Assembly (NCBI GenBank): GCA_958009085.1
Contig: OY253683.1
Span: forward strand, 434,001 to 498,000
DNA length: 64,000 nt
Origin: Protoeuglena noctilucae
Lineage: Eukaryota
Direction of reading: 5' to 3'
In this document: positions 61,042 to 64,000 of the stretch, in pieces
Layout: the number at the start of each line of letters is the position of its first letter
How positions within the stretch are numbered: position 1 is the stretch's first letter
The notes under the pieces: model-generated
Database searches by the model: none
Told to the model about the DNA's origin: nothing
Seen by the model: only the letters and a program-made list of their open reading frames with translations
Made by a program: the position numbers and the translations under genes

Positions 61042-62822
61042 TCATGTGCCTGTGACCTTGTCCTCCGCCTTCCTTGCCGTGCCCGTGAGGGCGCGCCCCG
61101 TCATTCCGTCGATGATGCTGGTGAGCTGTGATGCCCCCTTGGACTCCTTGGCATCTGCAGCGAAGCGGAAGCGGTGTGCGGCAGTCGCGTTGATGCGGCC
61201 GCTAGGGTGGTGCTGCTGGGGTGGTGCTGCTCTAGCCCCAGCCTTGGGTGGTGCTCACCAAACGTCCCCCGCTTGGCCTCGAGCTTGTACAAATCCCACC
61301 GCCTCTGGCTCATGAGCGGCATGTTGCGCCGGCGCGCATGCACCTCCTCGGTGTTGATGTCGCACATGAGCACCGCCTCCATCTCGTCTGCAAAGGGAAG
61401 TGAGGGTGCACCGTCACCGCCGCTCACGCCATGCAAGGCGCCTGCGATGCATCGCGGTCGGTGCATGGACGGGTGGTGTGATGTGGCCGAGTCGTCCTCC
61501 CATGAACGTCGCTCACCAAGGTTTGCCATGACCACCCCGTATGGACTGACGACCGTCGAATGACCCCATGCCACGTACGATGCCCCTGCGGGAGAGCGAC
61601 GTGTACGTCAGGGCTGTCAAGCAGAAAAAAAGCTTGCAGCTCTGCGCACGGCCCCATCCAGCGATAGCAATCTCACCATTCTTGCGTGCCGGCGAGCACG
61701 TCATGACAAACACTTGGTTGTCCACAGCCCTCGCTCGCTGCAGCAACTCCCAATGCAGCGGCCCCGTCGTCATGTTGAACGCCCCCGGATAAATGATCAT
61801 CTGGCACCCCTGCCGAGCATACAGCATGGCCAGCTCTGGGAACCTGATGTCGTAGCAAATGCCGACCCCGATGCGCCCCACGGGCGTGTCCACGACCGTG
61901 CCCTTGTCCCCGCCCGTCAAAGTTTCCGACTCCTTGAACGTGATCTCCCCAGGAATGTCGATGTCAAACAAGTGGACCTTGCGGTGCTTGGCAAGGAGCG
62001 CTCCGTCGGGTCCATACACCAGGCACGTGTTGTACAGCCGCCCCTGCACGCACCGGCACGGCACGAGCACAGTTGTCACTCCTGCCTGGCAGCATGTCGT
62101 CTTACCGGGCCGCGGACCTGCGTGGCGCACCTGACTTCGCTCTGGGATGGAGCCCCCGACCAGCGTGACTTTGTGTTCCCTCGCGAGCCGTGACATGGTC
62201 TCCGCGGAAGGCGAGGGGCCCCCATCAACGTCCTCAGCGTATTCTGGAAAGCTGTCGTTCTGCGGGGCGGGGCACGGTCGCACCGTCGCGGCGAGGGGCA
62301 GCCTGGACACATCAGCAGGGCGCATGGCCAAAAGAACGGATCGCGCGTCTGTGCGGGGCGCAGCGCACCGAGTACGGGCAGTTCCACATCTCCGGCAGCA
62401 CGACGAGCTGCGCCCCCGCCCCAGCTGCCTCCCGCACGAAGCTGCTAGCACGGTTCATGTTGAGCTGCTTGTCGGGGCCGACCAGCATCTGGCAGAGGGC
62501 TATCCTGACTTGCCGACCCTGCGGAGACAACGTACGGAACGAAAGGAACGGTCTCAGCCAGACGCTGCTCGGTCGGCGAGCGCGGGCGGCCCGCGGGCAT
62601 GCCGGTTGCGCCGTGCCCCAGCCCCTCGCCGCGCCCTCTCACCTCGGGGGGGTCGTGGAAATCCGGCCGAAAGGACGCCATGCTGGCCTTGAAGCGAGCT
62701 TCACCGGCCTGCGCGAGACCCCGCCGGAAGCGCGCGGTGCAGTTGGCAAGCGCCCGCCCTTCGAACCGTCCCCACGCGTGGCAGCGGCCGCGACGCGTTG
62801 CCTGCAGGGTCGCGTGCTCCAT
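61042..62822 (-). CDS. NIT2: Omega-amidase (NIT2/Nit3-type nitrilase family), possibly organelle-targeted
   Basis: [95 protein letters not shown] and AWGHS. Confidence 0.92.
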
Positions 62823-63310
62823 GTTTGCCCTCGAAGTCGACCAATCAATCAACGAATTCAGCAGTGCGGGCGCAGGGGACCGGTCAATGGGGTCGCCCTT
62901 GCAGGGTGCCTCGGAACTGGGGGCCGCGCACCGAGGAATGGAGAAAGGCCGTCCGCACGAGCCCAGGACAGCTCATCTGTAACGAGCGCGCCCCCGATCG
63001 GGGACGTCCTCCCCCCCTCCCCCAACTGCTCGCGCTCAAGTCCACGTCAAAAGCCGGGTCCGCTGCCGAGGCGCCAGCCGGCCATGTCAGCGTTGCAGTG
63101 GGCAAGAAGTGGAGCTGGTTCTAGCGACGGGGGCTCGCCTCGCGCGGATGCGGCCACGAGTTCTGCCGCCAGAAACAGGGGGTTTCGTGCGTATGAAGCT
63201 TTCGGGCGCCGGCCAGGAGCTCCATGGTGACTATGTTGTTGCGCATCGCACCTGCCTGAGCGTGGAAGTGTCGCTGTCCTTCGTAATCGCTTGCGTAACG
63301 ACCAGGCGCG

Positions 63311-64000
63311 ATGACGGCCATCCGGCGCGTGCTGGCTCAGGGCCTCGCCGCCCAGAGCAGGGGTATCTTCGGTGAGGATTCGTGCCGTCGGATGGTGCAG
63401 TGCCGACGACCGCTGGCGCACCAACACCGAAACCCGTTGCCCGGGCCCGATGCCGAGCGATGCTGCCCTGCGTGCATCCCGACGGCATCTTTTGAAGTTT
63501 GTGGCACGCGTGCTGAGTGCTACGTGCCCAGCAAACGTCAGGAGCGGGTTCTCCATGCGCAGGGACGCCGGTGGCGATGGGCCTGTGGGACAAGACGCCC
63601 ATGGCTCCCCCCGACCCGATCCTGGGCGTGACCGAGGTACGCGGTGGCATGCATGCACCCGACAGACCGGCCGGCGCGGGATGGGCCCAGCGACGGGCCT
63701 TCTTGGCTCACGAGCGCGGCGCCTTCCGCTTACGCAGATGTGGAAGGCCGACGCGAACCCGCAAAAGATCAACCTGGGCGTGGGTGCATACCGTGACGAC
63801 GACGGCAAGCCCGTCGTGCTCAGCGTGGTGCGCAAGGCCGAGCAGATGATCTCGGGGAAGGAAAACATGGAGTATCTGCCGATGGGGGGCCTCAAGTCGA
63901 TGGTGGACGCCTCGGTGCGCCTGGCGTACGGGGAGAGCCACGAGGTCGTCAAGTCCAAGCGCGTGGCGGCCGTGCAGAGCCTGTCGGGCACCGGTGAGGC
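63311..64000 (+). CDS. ASP1: Aspartate aminotransferase, mitochondrial-type, 3' truncated
   Basis: Presequence MTAIRRVLAQGLAAQSRGIF, then APPDPILGVTE, KINLGVGAYRDDDGKPVVL, EYLPMGG and VQSLSGTG. Confidence 0.92.

Noticed and set aside
1..64000. Introner-like repeated introns, transposases, tRNA/rRNA, prokaryotic operons or defence systems
   Set aside because: Introns do not visibly share sequence, and I recognised no such motifs by eye. An all-vs-all intron alignment plus tRNAscan-SE and Rfam searches would be needed to exclude them fully.

Overview
This is a compact, very GC-rich, intron-dense nuclear region from a photosynthetic eukaryote. PSAH, HCF244/Ycf39, BTA1 and a sigma-70-like gene point to a green alga. 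The six-frame ORF track fragments nearly every gene, so I rebuilt about 24 spliced genes by joining exons by eye, and their boundaries are approximate. The genes are two long coiled-coil proteins, a secreted trypsin-like protease with three Cys-containing repeats, an IQ+Dpy-30 protein, FRA10AC1, a degenerate sigma factor, DUF726/TMCO4, an NT-C2 protein, BTA1, selenoprotein H, a J-domain-like protein, a RING protein, two unknown membrane proteins, a calcineurin-B-like EF-hand protein, PepN, SmG, HCF244, QPT/NadC, a WD40 protein, UBL-RTF2, PsaH, omega-amidase and the 5' part of aspartate aminotransferase. There are four main observations. (1) A UGA-recoded selenoprotein H (C-S-S-U) has a canonical SECIS hairpin in its 3'UTR. 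(2) At least 15 introns appear to need GC-AG donors, roughly a tenth of those traced. (3) Two same-strand gene pairs lie only 21 and about 45 nt apart, suggesting bicistronic mRNAs. (4) A sigma-70 homologue has lost the promoter-melting aromatic residues. I saw no rRNA, tRNA, CRISPR array or transposase.
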